From Shewanella sp. (lineage in GTDB: Bacteria > Pseudomonadota > Gammaproteobacteria > Enterobacterales > Shewanellaceae): DNA of 64,000 nucleotides. The notes below the pieces were generated by a model, which did not search any database, had not been told where the DNA came from, and was given only the letters and a program-made list of their open reading frames with translations. The translations under genes were made by a program, and so were the position numbers. The DNA is taken from assembly GCF_041630135.1 (NCBI RefSeq), contig NZ_JBFKLW010000019.1, forward strand, positions 2,675-66,674. The letters are read 5' to 3'. Position 1 is the stretch's first letter. Each line of letters starts with the position of its first letter. Below, piece after piece: positions 29,594 through 40,200 of this stretch.

Positions 29594-30433
29594 ATGACAC
29601 AGAAGGGCTCAATATTCAGCGCATTGATGATGTCAGTGTTGATTTCATTCGCACCGCTGATGATTGAGACTGCCAGGGCCGATGATAACGACAATCATGC
29701 TGACATTGACCCGGGAACACATTCACTTCGGCTCCTGACAGAACCATTACCTCCTTTCAGTTTTATTGAGAATTCGCGACTTACTGGGTTTTCCGTGGAA
29801 TTGGTTGAGCAGCTAAAGTCGCGGCTCGGGATTTCTGCAGATATAGAAGTATTGCCTTGGGCGAGAGCTTTTAACATCGCCAGTCAGTCTTCGAATGTGC
29901 TGTTATTTTCCACAGCCCTGAGAGACAGTCGCAGAAGTCAGTTTGATTTCGTGGGACCCATAGCGACGGCAAAAATCATGCTCTATAAACGGGCAGACGA
30001 TGAGTCATCGCCGGCCAACATTGTGGAAGCGGCGCGCATGGGCAGTATTGGTGTTTATCGGGGTTCTCCGGCTGAACGTATACTTCAGCAAGCAGATATC
30101 AAAAATGTTGAAGTTTCTACCTATCCACTACAGTCTTTGCGACAACTTCTGGCCAGCCGGGTCAGGTATTGGTGTCAGGTGGATTTAACGGTTGGCAGGC
30201 TGTTGGCTCAGGCTGGTGGCGGTGATATGGCCGTAGTGCCTTTGGCTGAGCTGGAGAGAATCGACTTGTATTTGGCCTTTTCCCGCGGTACATCCAGGGA
30301 AATGGTTGAGCGCTGGCAATATGCGTTGCAGGCGTTTCAGCAAGAGGGTCATTTTGCACACTTGTATGAGCGATGGTTCAAGTTGGTGCCAGAGTCAGCT
30401 CAGAGCCAAATTTTATGGCGGTTGACACCATAA
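29594..30433 (+). CDS. periplasmic solute-binding protein (family 3), with no transporter genes adjacent
   Basis: AAGGAG RBS before ATG 29594, a signal peptide ending ARA, and SBP_bac_3-like layout (LPPFSF...GFSVELV...). Confidence 0.65.
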   Translation: MTQKGSIFSALMMSVLISFAPLMIETARADDNDNHADIDPGTHSLRLLTEPLPPFSFIENSRLTGFSVELVEQLKSRLGISADIEVLPWARAFNIASQSSNVLLFSTALRDSRRSQFDFVGPIATAKIMLYKRADDESSPANIVEAARMGSIGVYRGSPAERILQQADIKNVEVSTYPLQSLRQLLASRVRYWCQVDLTVGRLLAQAGGGDMAVVPLAELERIDLYLAFSRGTSREMVERWQYALQAFQQEGHFAHLYERWFKLVPESAQSQILWRLTP

Positions 30434-30435
30434 CG

Positions 30436-32331
30436 TTAAAGGTTTTTTTCAACCCTATTACGTCCATTGTGTTTTGCAATGTAAAGGGCGTGATCGGCTC
30501 TGTTCATAAGTGCAGAGAAATTTTTATCTTTGCCAGCATCAAAAGCCGCGACACCTGCGCTGATACTCATGCCAAGACCCTCGGCAAACTCAGTTAAGTC
30601 AGTATTTTCTACACTTATTCTTAAGCGTTCAGCGATTTCCATTGCTTGTTCAAGCGTTGTATTAGGCAGTAAAGCAAGAAACTCTTCTCCACCTATCCGG
30701 CCAACCAAATCACCCCGGCGCATTTGGCTGCTGGAGCTTTTGGCCATGGCTACCAATACCTTGTCGCCAATTTCGTGACCGAAGTTGTCGTTGATTTTCT
30801 TGAAGTGATCGGCATCGAACAGAATAACAGAGAGTGGCTGCCCTTGTTTGGCCGTGCGGAATAGTGCTTCACCTTCGTGGTAGGTATGGCGACGGTTTGC
30901 CAGTTGGGTAAGGTGATCCGTTAACGCCAAACGCTCCATAATTTTTGAACGTTGAGCCTGCTTAAAGGCAAACACAGACACTATGCTCAAAATAAATACG
31001 GCCATAACGATAATGGTGAGCTGCAGGATTTTATTTTCCTGCAGGATAAGCATTTCTTTTTCCCTTAGTTTCTGATACTCAATCAATTGCTTGTTTTCAC
31101 GCTCCACGCGGTCGGTATCAAAGCGGGTTCTCATTTCGGTGGTGCGCTGAGACTGCATTTGGTTATCAAGCTCGGCGTGAATGGAGTTCTGAATTTCGAG
31201 TGCATAAAAGGCATTGGCCCAGTCCTTTAAGGCCGCATAAGTCTGACTTTTGCTCAGATAAAGTTCCGCCAGTCCGCGCTTATTTTGAATATCCTGAAAG
31301 CTTTTTTCTGCCTTTTCCAGTAACGGCATAGCTTTGGCAGGCTCTCCTTCTGAGAGGTAAACCTGAGCCAGGTATAAGTGCTTATAAGCATAAAAGCCCT
31401 GGTGTTCCGGTTTGATAATTGGGAAGGCCAATTCCAGATTGTTTTTTGCTTCCTGAAAGCGGGAAAGTTTTATCAGGGTGCCGACCATATTTATCCGGGT
31501 AGCAGCAATACTGATGTCTTTATTTTCTTCTTCAGGATGCTCCTGCCTGCCTTTTAACACTTCCTGATACATGGTGAGCGCCTTAGCCGGCTCATTCATG
31601 GTTTCATAGGCCAAGGCCATGTCAGACTTTACACTAATGATCCCCAATTTATCATTAGTTTGTTGGTACTTCTCCAGTAACTCCCTGTAGTAACGGATAG
31701 CGGTTGTCGGATCGCCAAAGCGGCGATAGCTGGTGGCAAGTTCCAGCAGATTGAGGCGTGCCCAATATTGCAGGTTTAAACTTTCATACAGATGCTGAGC
31801 AGTAATGAGATCTTCCAGTGCATCAGCAAAATTCCCCTGATAGGAGAGCTGTGCACCGCGCACACTTCGGGAATCAGCAATCAGTCTTGGGTCTTCGGTT
31901 TGGTATGCCAGCGCTACAGATTTGTTGTAGTCATTCATAGCCTCTGAAATCTGGCCATTCAGTTGCAGCATCCAGCCTCTGCAAAGGGTGAGGTCGGAGG
32001 TAGCAGCTGCATCGGATTGAACCGAAGGGAGGGCTAATTGTGTGTTGGCAAAGATAATGGCTTTCGCCAGTTCAGCTTCGTCAAGGGTATCGTGTACCCA
32101 GCATTGCATGCGCTTGAGTTTAAGCATGCGGGGAAGATCGTCCGGGGAAATATTGTCAGACAACAACTCAACTTTGGCTTTTGTTTCCTCAAAGTCGTCT
32201 AACTCACCAGTCTCAAGAATGTGAATTATGTCGTCAATTTGCTCCAGCGTTAACTCTCCTGCAGCTGCAGGCATATGAAAGCCAGTAAACGCACTGACTA
32301 AAATCAGTATGGAGAGCAAAACTCGGGTCAT
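30436..32331 (-). CDS. diguanylate cyclase with a periplasmic TPR sensor region
   Basis: Signal peptide, about 400 aa of TPR-like repeats, a TM helix, and a GGDEF domain (RIGGEEF) with an intact RxxD I-site (RRGD 5 aa upstream). Confidence 0.88.
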   Translation of the reverse strand: MTRVLLSILILVSAFTGFHMPAAAGELTLEQIDDIIHILETGELDDFEETKAKVELLSDNISPDDLPRMLKLKRMQCWVHDTLDEAELAKAIIFANTQLALPSVQSDAAATSDLTLCRGWMLQLNGQISEAMNDYNKSVALAYQTEDPRLIADSRSVRGAQLSYQGNFADALEDLITAQHLYESLNLQYWARLNLLELATSYRRFGDPTTAIRYYRELLEKYQQTNDKLGIISVKSDMALAYETMNEPAKALTMYQEVLKGRQEHPEEENKDISIAATRINMVGTLIKLSRFQEAKNNLELAFPIIKPEHQGFYAYKHLYLAQVYLSEGEPAKAMPLLEKAEKSFQDIQNKRGLAELYLSKSQTYAALKDWANAFYALEIQNSIHAELDNQMQSQRTTEMRTRFDTDRVERENKQLIEYQKLREKEMLILQENKILQLTIIVMAVFILSIVSVFAFKQAQRSKIMERLALTDHLTQLANRRHTYHEGEALFRTAKQGQPLSVILFDADHFKKINDNFGHEIGDKVLVAMAKSSSSQMRRGDLVGRIGGEEFLALLPNTTLEQAMEIAERLRISVENTDLTEFAEGLGMSISAGVAAFDAGKDKNFSALMNRADHALYIAKHNGRNRVEKNL

Positions 32332-32673
32332 TGGAGGCTTTGTAGGTGGTTATTATCTTTATTTAGGATAAATCATAACCGTACGCAGTGATATTTACTA
32401 ACAAATTGTTAATAACTCCCGAATTTTGTTCTTATCCCTGCACATTCTGGCTGCCTGTTTGATGGTAACGCTTGCTGGGCGTGATGCGATGATGGAACAG
32501 GGCTTTACTGAAGCTTTTGCTGCTTGTGGAATTGGGTACTTACAGGCTAAGTGATGCAAAATTCAGACAGACTCAGCCACAGCCATGGCCGGAGTGCTGG
32601 GGGCGGTGAAATCTGCCCAGAATATGAGACAATGCCCCCAGGTTTGTATCCGGTACCGTTTAAGGAAATTCCC

Positions 32674-33111
32674 ATGTTTGAGTTGTCAGAGCCTTATCGA
32701 GTAGAGGCTCTTGAAGTGGCCAACAGTGTCGTTGGTCGGGTTATTGTGCTTGAAAAGTTGCCAGACTCCTTGCTCGCGGCATATCAAGATCTTTTTGATG
32801 AATTGCTGGCAGATAAAGCCAACAGATTCAGTTGTGCCTGGGATAGCTTGCCACAGAGTGCCAGCGCTTTGTTCTCTCGCGGTAGTTTTCATGGTTTTTA
32901 TATTGCCAATGCATGGCTGCAACTCAGCATCCTCGCGCAGGACATCGTTGAGCGTCAGGATACCGATGAAGCTATTGCTAAACAGGATTATAGCGAGCTT
33001 TATGCCCGTATGGCGGAGGCCTCATTAAAGGACTGCTTGAAAAAGCTGAAGAAAGCCAGAACTGACCGCAGCATGTTGAACAGTATGCGCGAGGTGATGG
33101 GGCTGTCATAG
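32674..33111 (+). CDS. hypothetical protein
   Basis: AAGGAA RBS before ATG 32674 and a terminator downstream. No motif recognised. The track ORF starts at 32551. Confidence 0.5.
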   Translation: MFELSEPYRVEALEVANSVVGRVIVLEKLPDSLLAAYQDLFDELLADKANRFSCAWDSLPQSASALFSRGSFHGFYIANAWLQLSILAQDIVERQDTDEAIAKQDYSELYARMAEASLKDCLKKLKKARTDRSMLNSMREVMGLS

Positions 33112-33128
33112 GCTTGAATCTATTTAAT

Positions 33129-33161
33129 AAAAAAATGCCCGGCTTAAACCGGGCGTTTTTA
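33129..33161. terminator. bidirectional terminator between the hypothetical gene and maeA
   Basis: AAAAAAAT GCCCGG cttaaa CCGGGC GTTTTT. Confidence 0.8.
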
Positions 33162-33198
33162 ATTGTTTGTATCAAGCAGACGGTTTGAGGTGTTGCGA

Positions 33199-34887
33199 TC
33201 AGAATGAGGTGCGCTTGTAGCGGCGATATTCCGGATACCAGAAGTTTGCCTCAATGGACTGCTCCAGCAACTCATCAGTGGTATCCAGTGCATGCCCCTG
33301 GGCTATCGCTACCTTGGCCACGGCAAAAGCAATATGCTTGCTGACCTTATGGATTTCCTCCAGCGGTGGCAATAGGGCGCCAGTGCCATTAATGGCAAGC
33401 GGCGAGCACTCGGCCAGTGCCCGGCTTGAGGCCATCAGCATTTCATCAGACACCCGCTTGGCACCGCATGCCAACACTCCAAGGCCGATACCGGGGAAAA
33501 TATAGCTGTTGTTGCACTGGGCGATATCGTAAGTCACATCGTCCACCACCACAGGCTCGAATGGGCTGCCGGTGGCCACCAATGCCTGACCATTGGTCCA
33601 ATGCAGAATGTCCTTTGGTGTAGCCTCAACCCGGCTGGTGGGGTTGGATAGTGGGAATACTATGGGACGCTCACAATGGCTGTGCATGGCGCGAATAATT
33701 TCTTCAGTAAACAGGCCCGGAGCACCGGATACACCTATCAATACGGTTGGCTTTGCGTTGTTGACGGTATTGAGCAGCGACAGGTTGTCGCTGAAGTCCG
33801 ACCATTGACTTACGGTGTCAACTTTTTGAGCCAGCTTTTGTTGGAACGGCAACAAATTGGGCATGTTATCGAGCAGCAGGCCCCAGCGGTCGACCATAAA
33901 TACCTGATTGCGTGCCTGCTCGTCGCTGATGCCTTCGGACACCATTTGCGCCACTATGGCTTCGGCGATACCACAGCCGGCACTGCCGGCACCAAGGAAA
34001 ACGATGCGCTGAGCGCTGAGCTGGGTGTTGGCAGCTTTACATGCGGCGAGCAATGAGCCTACAGTCACTGCAGCAGTGCCCTGAATATCGTCATTGAAGC
34101 AGCAGTATTTGTCTTTGTATTTGTCCAGCAGTGGCATGGCGTTTTTCTGGGCAAAGTCTTCAAACTGGATCAATACATCCGGCCAGCGGCGATAAACGGC
34201 CTCCATAAAGGCTTCGATAAATTCGCTGTACTCGTCGCCGCCAATACGTGGATGGCGCCATCCCATGTACATGGGATCTTCCAGCAGGTGTGGATTATCC
34301 GTGCCAACGTCCAGAGTGATGGGCAGGGTGTAAGCTGGGCTAATGCCACCACAGCTGGTGTAGAGAGATAGCTTACCGATAGGGATCCCCATGCCACCAA
34401 TGCCCTGATCGCCCAGACCCAGAATACGTTCGCCGTCGGTCACAACGATGATTTTCACTTTATGACGGGTAGAGTTGTTGAGGATGTCATCAATCCTGTC
34501 CTTGTTAGGGTAGGAGATAAACAAGCCCCGGTTACGGCGGTAGTTTTTAGAAAAACGTTCGCATGCCAAACCTACGGTCGGGGTGTAAATGATGGGCATC
34601 ATCTCGGCAATATTGTTTTGAACCAGCCGATAAAACAGGGTTTCGTTGGTGTCCTGGATGTTGCGCAAATAAATGTGCTTGTCCAGATCGTTGCTGAAAC
34701 TTCTGAATTGATCGTAGGCACGGGAAGCCTGTTCTTCGATGGTTTCGATGGCATAAGGTAACAGTCCCTCGAGGTTGAAAAACATACGCTCTTCTTCGGT
34801 AAAGGCACTGCCTTTGTTAATGAGCGGAGCCTCAAGAATGGCGGGACCGGCGAACGGTAAATATAGCGGGCGTTTGTTATCGTCCAT
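33199..34887 (-). CDS. maeA: NAD-dependent malic enzyme
   Basis: Near-continuous similarity to E. coli MaeA ([59 protein letters not shown]). Confidence 0.95.
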   Translation of the reverse strand: MDDNKRPLYLPFAGPAILEAPLINKGSAFTEEERMFFNLEGLLPYAIETIEEQASRAYDQFRSFSNDLDKHIYLRNIQDTNETLFYRLVQNNIAEMMPIIYTPTVGLACERFSKNYRRNRGLFISYPNKDRIDDILNNSTRHKVKIIVVTDGERILGLGDQGIGGMGIPIGKLSLYTSCGGISPAYTLPITLDVGTDNPHLLEDPMYMGWRHPRIGGDEYSEFIEAFMEAVYRRWPDVLIQFEDFAQKNAMPLLDKYKDKYCCFNDDIQGTAAVTVGSLLAACKAANTQLSAQRIVFLGAGSAGCGIAEAIVAQMVSEGISDEQARNQVFMVDRWGLLLDNMPNLLPFQQKLAQKVDTVSQWSDFSDNLSLLNTVNNAKPTVLIGVSGAPGLFTEEIIRAMHSHCERPIVFPLSNPTSRVEATPKDILHWTNGQALVATGSPFEPVVVDDVTYDIAQCNNSYIFPGIGLGVLACGAKRVSDEMLMASSRALAECSPLAINGTGALLPPLEEIHKVSKHIAFAVAKVAIAQGHALDTTDELLEQSIEANFWYPEYRRYKRTSF

Positions 34888-35040
34888 GGGCTACCTTTTG
34901 GTTGCTTTTTTGGGTATGAGCGGTTGGCTGTCAATAACAGTAAAGACTATCACGAAATGTGATCTTTGTAGCTTTGGGTGGATGTTGAATTGTGGTTTTT
35001 TTCACAAATAAGCGTTTTAAACACGCGTGCTTATGTGTAA

Positions 35041-35080
35041 AAAACGTTAAAAATACGCGTGTATGACAACACGCGTATTT
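35041..35080 (-). terminator. terminator after the yehS-like gene
   Basis: On the minus strand: ATACGCGTGT tgtcat ACACGCGTAT, then TTTTTAACGTTTT. Confidence 0.7.
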
Positions 35081-35122
35081 TCAACGCTGTTCGAACGACC
35101 TAAATGGATCTGCCTTATAATC

Positions 35123-35584
35123 TTAACGGCCGCGGTGATGCTTCGACAATCCTTTCAGGAAGTTGCGCAGCAACTGATTACCACATGGCCGATAGTGTCT
35201 GTGGTCGGGGTTGCGGAAAATGGCGCCAAGTTCCGATTTGGATAAATCAAACCCAGCCTTGGTCAGCAGGGTGAGGATGTCATCTTCTTTCAGCTCCAGT
35301 GCAATACGGATTTTTTTGAAAATCAGATTGTTGTCGAGCGGCGTGGGTCTGGGTATTTCGCTGCCGGGCTTCAGGCCGCGGCGGCTGATGATAAGTCCAT
35401 CCAGGAACTGACACAGTTCTTTATCGGTGCAGGGACGAAAACCCGGCTCATCGTCTTTTTTCAGCATGGCCAGCAGTGCATCTTCGGTGATGGGCTGATG
35501 CACCAGGGCAAAGAGTTGCACCATCCCTGCATCGTTAATATCCAGGGCGAAGCGCAGACGGCGCAAAATATCGTTATTGGTCAT
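35123..35584 (-). CDS. DUF1456 family protein (YehS-like)
   Basis: MTNNDILRRLRFAL ... KKIRIALELKEDDIL shows the duplicated DUF1456 repeat, as in E. coli YehS. Confidence 0.75.
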   Translation of the reverse strand: MTNNDILRRLRFALDINDAGMVQLFALVHQPITEDALLAMLKKDDEPGFRPCTDKELCQFLDGLIISRRGLKPGSEIPRPTPLDNNLIFKKIRIALELKEDDILTLLTKAGFDLSKSELGAIFRNPDHRHYRPCGNQLLRNFLKGLSKHHRGR

Positions 35585-35677
35585 AGGTGTCCAGATTCAG
35601 GAGCTTATTTGGTGGCAAATGCCGAATGCAGCAATTATACCCAAGGCCGGCTCTGGGTGCGACTGCTGGCGTCGCGT

Positions 35678-36772
35678 TCAGAGGCTATTGGCATACTCGC
35701 GCACCAGTTGTCTGAGCCTGTCCATTCTGGCAAAGGCGCGCTCCATATCGGTAAGGTCCCGTGAGACATTGTCCAGCATCACCAGTTGCAGGCCGCTCTC
35801 GGGGTAATAGAGCATCAGGCTCATATAACCGGGTACATAGCCGCTGTGGCTGTACTCCAGTGGCTGCTGAGCTATTTGCAGCCCCAGCCCATAGCCAAGA
35901 GAGCCCCATCTATGCTCCCGTTCTGCCCATGGTGTGACCATGGCATTTAATGCCGATGGCAGCAGCGTTTTGCCGCCAAACAGTCTGTCCTGAAAATCCG
36001 CCATACCGTCCACCGAGGCAATCAGGAACCCAGAGGCAAGTTCAGGCTCGGCAATGGTGAGTTCAGTGACGGTGAGCTGGGGGCCATTTTCTGTCAGCTG
36101 CTCTTGAAAGCCCGCCCTGAGTCTGGGTTCGCGGGCCATTATTTGACTGAGTTCACCGGTTTGTGCCTGGATATCCAACTGTTGGCGGCTGAAAAAGGTA
36201 TTCAGCGCCGATTGGAGCCTTGGCTTGGTATCTTCCGGAATGCTTGAACGGACAGTGGGCTCAACGCCTGAAGAGGCGGGGAATAGCAATGTCGCGAGCA
36301 GCTGATAGTTGGCATTACTGTAGACAAATGCGGCCCTATCTCCTTGTTTCTTGTCATGCAATCCATTGCCATTCCGATTAATGCCGGAGGTGTGGCTGAG
36401 CAGCATCAAGGGTGTCAGTGGCGCAGGCCGTCGCAATATCGCCGGCAGGGAATTCTGATCCAGCGGCTGATTTAACTGCGCTTCATGCTGCGCCAGATAG
36501 AAAGCGGCAAACACCGTTTTTGACATTGAACCAATCACATAAAGATTGCCCTTGGTCGCATAGGCCTCACCTGATGTTGCCCGTGAGCTCTGGTACAGGG
36601 GGCGGCCGTGCTGGCGCAGCAGCACTTCGCCCTGAAAGTCTGTCGCCAGCTCCTTGTTAAGATGCGTTTTTAGTCGCTCATTTCTTTCCTGAAGACCCGT
36701 AGCAGCGCAAGCAACAGAGTTCGCAAGTACTGAAATCAAAATGATGTTTGCATAAATCCATTTAAGTATCAT
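35678..36772 (-). CDS. secreted serine hydrolase of the beta-lactamase/transpeptidase-like family
   Basis: Signal peptide and an SxxK motif (GSMSKT). Confidence 0.7.
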   Translation of the reverse strand: MILKWIYANIILISVLANSVACAATGLQERNERLKTHLNKELATDFQGEVLLRQHGRPLYQSSRATSGEAYATKGNLYVIGSMSKTVFAAFYLAQHEAQLNQPLDQNSLPAILRRPAPLTPLMLLSHTSGINRNGNGLHDKKQGDRAAFVYSNANYQLLATLLFPASSGVEPTVRSSIPEDTKPRLQSALNTFFSRQQLDIQAQTGELSQIMAREPRLRAGFQEQLTENGPQLTVTELTIAEPELASGFLIASVDGMADFQDRLFGGKTLLPSALNAMVTPWAEREHRWGSLGYGLGLQIAQQPLEYSHSGYVPGYMSLMLYYPESGLQLVMLDNVSRDLTDMERAFARMDRLRQLVREYANSL

Positions 36773-36785
36773 GAGTTATCCTAAT

Positions 36786-36816
36786 AAAACGGCATCCTGT
36801 GGATGCCGTTTTTTTA
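36786..36816 (-). terminator. hairpin between the YdiL-like gene and the serine hydrolase gene
   Basis: AAAACGGCATCC tgt GGATGCCGTTTTTTT on the plus strand. On the minus strand it is followed by TTTTATT. Confidence 0.65.
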
Positions 36817-36840
36817 TAAACTGTACCAAGTAGCTGCAAT

Positions 36841-37344
36841 TTATTTAAGCTGTGCTGCAGCCCATTTGGCGCGGCTTTCACGGCTTTCGCCGAGGCCGTT
36901 CTGCTCACGGAAGGCTTTGTAGCTCTCCACATCCAGTGGCACCAGGGTGACTTCCACGTCCAGTACCAATTGGCACTCTTTTTTGATGCGCCAGGCTGAG
37001 GTGTTGTACAGCTCCGCCAGCGGCAGAGAGCTTAAAAACTCCGGGTTGTACTGGGCATACACCGCTTGCGTGGGGTACACCACGAAGGCCAGGCGGCGCT
37101 TGGGCTCTTTTTTGAACATGGCTTCGATGCCGTCTGAGGTGTTCAGCACCTGCATCTCAATCACTTCGTCGATATCCAGCAGTTTTTTCTGTGCCAGACC
37201 GGGCGCTTCAGTGCTGCCTGCTTCCCAGGCAACCACCTCATCTTCACTGTGGCCGGTGACTGTGCCCGCCTGCGCAGGGCTCAGGCCCAGTGACAGCCTC
37301 AGGTACTGCATTTCGATGCCGTTGAGGCCAATCTCTTTTGCCAT
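36841..37344 (-). CDS. YdiL/Aca2-like (DUF1870-type) HTH domain protein
   Basis: The N-terminal [31 protein letters not shown] resembles the YdiL N-terminus. The start lies 14 nt after the stop of the upstream SMI1 gene. Confidence 0.5.
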   Translation of the reverse strand: MAKEIGLNGIEMQYLRLSLGLSPAQAGTVTGHSEDEVVAWEAGSTEAPGLAQKKLLDIDEVIEMQVLNTSDGIEAMFKKEPKRRLAFVVYPTQAVYAQYNPEFLSSLPLAELYNTSAWRIKKECQLVLDVEVTLVPLDVESYKAFREQNGLGESRESRAKWAAAQLK

Positions 37345-37358
37345 GATGGTTTCCGTAA

Positions 37359-37760
37359 TTAACTGTTCATCCAGACGTCTTCAGCCCATTCCCAGAAGGA
37401 GTCCCACTGGTCTTCGGTGAAGTCGCCAAAGGCCCAGTAGTGTACCTGACCTTCCTGATCGATACAGTAAAAGTTATCGCCGTTCTGGCAGATGGGGATC
37501 ATGGCGCGTGGCAGGCCAATGGACCAGGCGTAAGCGGCCACTTCCGGCAGGAAGGTGTGGCTTTGACGGTCGGCGGCGGTCACTGGCTCAAGGCTGCCAA
37601 CAATCACGTCACTGGCGTGCAGCAGGTACTCTTTAAGTTCGGACGGCAGTGGGATCAGTATTTCTTCTTCCACGTCAATCAATTGATCAAATGAAGGCAG
37701 TTCCAGCGGTACCGGAACCTGTTCACTCATTTCTTGTAGTTGTTCGATGAGTTCATGCAT
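37359..37760 (-). CDS. SMI1/KNR4 (SUKH-1) family protein
   Basis: [14 protein letters not shown] ... [17 protein letters not shown] fits the SUKH pattern. AAGGAG lies 9 nt before ATG 37760. The track ORF starts at 37802. Confidence 0.6.
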   Translation of the reverse strand: MHELIEQLQEMSEQVPVPLELPSFDQLIDVEEEILIPLPSELKEYLLHASDVIVGSLEPVTAADRQSHTFLPEVAAYAWSIGLPRAMIPICQNGDNFYCIDQEGQVHYWAFGDFTEDQWDSFWEWAEDVWMNS

Positions 37761-37812
37761 TGTTTTTATTGCTCCTTGGCATAGTGAGCCGAGTATAACC
37801 ATGCGCTGATAT

Positions 37813-37840
37813 AAAAAAAAGGGCGCCCTGAGGCACCCTT
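37813..37840 (-). terminator. terminator after the M13 peptidase gene
   Basis: On the minus strand: AAGGGTGCC tca GGGCGCCC TTTTTTTT. Confidence 0.8.
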
Positions 37841-37888
37841 GATTTGTATCAGTTTTTACTGATTTTTACCCTTGTGGGCGCGTCTGGA

Positions 37889-39976
37889 TTACCAGATTTT
37901 CACGCGCTTTTCAGGGGCCAGATACATGGCGTCGCCTTCTTTCACATCGAAGGTGCTGTAGAACTCAGGCATGTTCGACAGGGCACCCAGGGCGCGGAAC
38001 TTGGCCGGTGAGTGCGGGTCGGTGGCCACGCGGTTACGCAATGCTTCTTCTTTCATCTTGGCGCGCCATATTTGGGCAAAGCCGATGAAGAAGCGCTCGT
38101 CGCCGGTCAGACCGTCGATAACCGGAGCTTCTTTGCCGTTGAGTGACATCTTGTAGGCCTTGTAGGCGATGGTCACGCCAGACAGGTCACCGATGTTTTC
38201 GCCCAGGGTCAGCTCGCCGTTCACGTGCAGGTCGTCAAACACCTGATAGCCGTTGTACTGCTCAACCAGGGCCTTACCACGGGCAGCAAACTCCTGCAGA
38301 TCCTGCTCGGTCCACCAGTCACGCATGTTGCCTTCACCGTCGAATTTGGCACCCTGGTCGTCAAAACCATGGCCCATTTCGTGGCCGATAACCGCGCCGA
38401 TACCACCATAGTTCACCGCATCATCGGCTTCCATGTTGAAGAAAGGTGGCTGCAGGATAGCGGCAGGGAACACGATTTCGTTCATGGTTGGGTTGTAGTA
38501 GGCGTTCACGGTTTGTGGTGTCATGTGCCATTCATCGCGATCGATAGGGGCACCCAGTTTGGCCAGTTCTTTTTCGTGGGAAAGGGCTGATGCGCGTTTG
38601 GCATTACCCACCAGATCATCGGCCTTGATGGTCAACTTACTGTAGTCTTCCCACTTGTTGGGGTAGCCAATCTTGGGGTTGAACTTGGCCAGCTTGTCTT
38701 TGGCAGCCACCTTGGTGTCGGCACTCATCCAGGAAAGTTCATCGATGCTCTTACCGTAAGCGCCGCGCAGATTCTCGACCAAATCCTGCATGCGGGCTTT
38801 GGCTTCCGGGGTAAAATGACGCTTCACATACACCATACCAACGACTTCACCCAGCATGCCGTTGACAGAGGCTACGCCGCGCTTCCAGCGAGGCTGTTGT
38901 TCGGCCTGACCGTTCAGTGTTTTGGAGAAGAACTCAAAGTTTTCCTGATCCAGAGCTTCGGTGAGGTAACCGGCGGCGTGTGTCAGGGTTTGCCATTGCA
39001 GGTAGGTTTTCCAGCTATCCAGCGACTCACTCTTCACCAGTGCATTCAGACCTTCAACAAAGCTTGGCTGGTTGATGATGATGTCGGTTTGCTTGTCTGC
39101 GCCCAATGTAGCCAGATACAGGCCCCAGTTGATGTCGGGTGCCAGCTTTGGCAGGTCGGCAACCAGGTACTTGTTGTAGGTTTTGGTGCTGTCGCGTACA
39201 TCAACCACGTTCCAGTGTGCGTTGGCGATGGCAGTTTCCAGCTTAAGTACTGTCTCTGCGGCTTCTTTTCCGCCGGTAATGCCAGCCAGTTCGTACATCT
39301 TTTCGATGTGAGCTTTAAACGCGTCGCGGATTTTCACGAAGCGCTCATCTTCGTTGAAGTAGTAATCTTTCTCTGGCAGGCTCAGACCGTATTGCCACAG
39401 GTGGGTGGCGTAGCGGCTTGAGTCTTTGGCATCCACACCAATGTAGAATGCCATTGGGGTGCCACCACCAACGATTTGGCTGTGGGCGAAAAACTTCACC
39501 AGGTCGTCAGTATTGGCAATGGCCTTGATGGCATCCAGCTCTGGCTGTATGGGGGTGATACCCAGTTTGTTCAGGGTTTCCACATCCATAAAGGCGCGGT
39601 ATAAGTCGGCTACTTTCTGCTCGTCAGTGCCTTCTTTCAGGTTGGGGGTGGCGGCTACTTCATCGATGATGGCTTTTACGTCATCGCGTGACTTTTCACG
39701 CAGGTCGTAGAAGGCACCGGTGCTGGTGCGATCGCCAGGGATCTCGGTGTTCTTTTCCCAAGTGCCGTTCACATAGTCATAGAAGTCATCCTGTGGACGG
39801 ATACTTTTGTCGAAATTGGCAAAATCAATACCTGAGCCCAGGGCTTTGGCAACGGCTTCAGCTGCTGCGGTTTTGGCGACTTCCGGCGCTTTGGCGTCTG
39901 CAGCTTTTTCTTGATTGCACGCGGCCAGACCCATGATGAGCGAGGCACACAATCCCCCGATGAGTACTTTTCTCAT
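37889..39976 (-). CDS. pepO: M13 family zinc metallopeptidase lipoprotein (PepO / endothelin-converting-enzyme-like)
   Basis: Lipobox GLAAC, the HEMGH zinc motif, and the ENIGD second motif. Confidence 0.88.
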   Translation of the reverse strand: MRKVLIGGLCASLIMGLAACNQEKAADAKAPEVAKTAAAEAVAKALGSGIDFANFDKSIRPQDDFYDYVNGTWEKNTEIPGDRTSTGAFYDLREKSRDDVKAIIDEVAATPNLKEGTDEQKVADLYRAFMDVETLNKLGITPIQPELDAIKAIANTDDLVKFFAHSQIVGGGTPMAFYIGVDAKDSSRYATHLWQYGLSLPEKDYYFNEDERFVKIRDAFKAHIEKMYELAGITGGKEAAETVLKLETAIANAHWNVVDVRDSTKTYNKYLVADLPKLAPDINWGLYLATLGADKQTDIIINQPSFVEGLNALVKSESLDSWKTYLQWQTLTHAAGYLTEALDQENFEFFSKTLNGQAEQQPRWKRGVASVNGMLGEVVGMVYVKRHFTPEAKARMQDLVENLRGAYGKSIDELSWMSADTKVAAKDKLAKFNPKIGYPNKWEDYSKLTIKADDLVGNAKRASALSHEKELAKLGAPIDRDEWHMTPQTVNAYYNPTMNEIVFPAAILQPPFFNMEADDAVNYGGIGAVIGHEMGHGFDDQGAKFDGEGNMRDWWTEQDLQEFAARGKALVEQYNGYQVFDDLHVNGELTLGENIGDLSGVTIAYKAYKMSLNGKEAPVIDGLTGDERFFIGFAQIWRAKMKEEALRNRVATDPHSPAKFRALGALSNMPEFYSTFDVKEGDAMYLAPEKRVKIW

Positions 39977-40200
39977 TGCTTTTCCTTGGTTGTTTTGCCT
40001 GCGCTCGATACATTTTTAAGTATTTCGTTCGGTTAACAGGCGGTTACTGTGCTTATGTCCGGCCGATATGTTAAGGCTTTTGCGGGAATGTAAACAAGGG
40101 CGGGGCCACAATAGTTTGTTAGGGGTTGTAAGCAAAATTGTCGACATTGCCTTTTAGTGTCGCCGCGGCATAATGGCGGCGAAAATTCACTGCGGAATAG

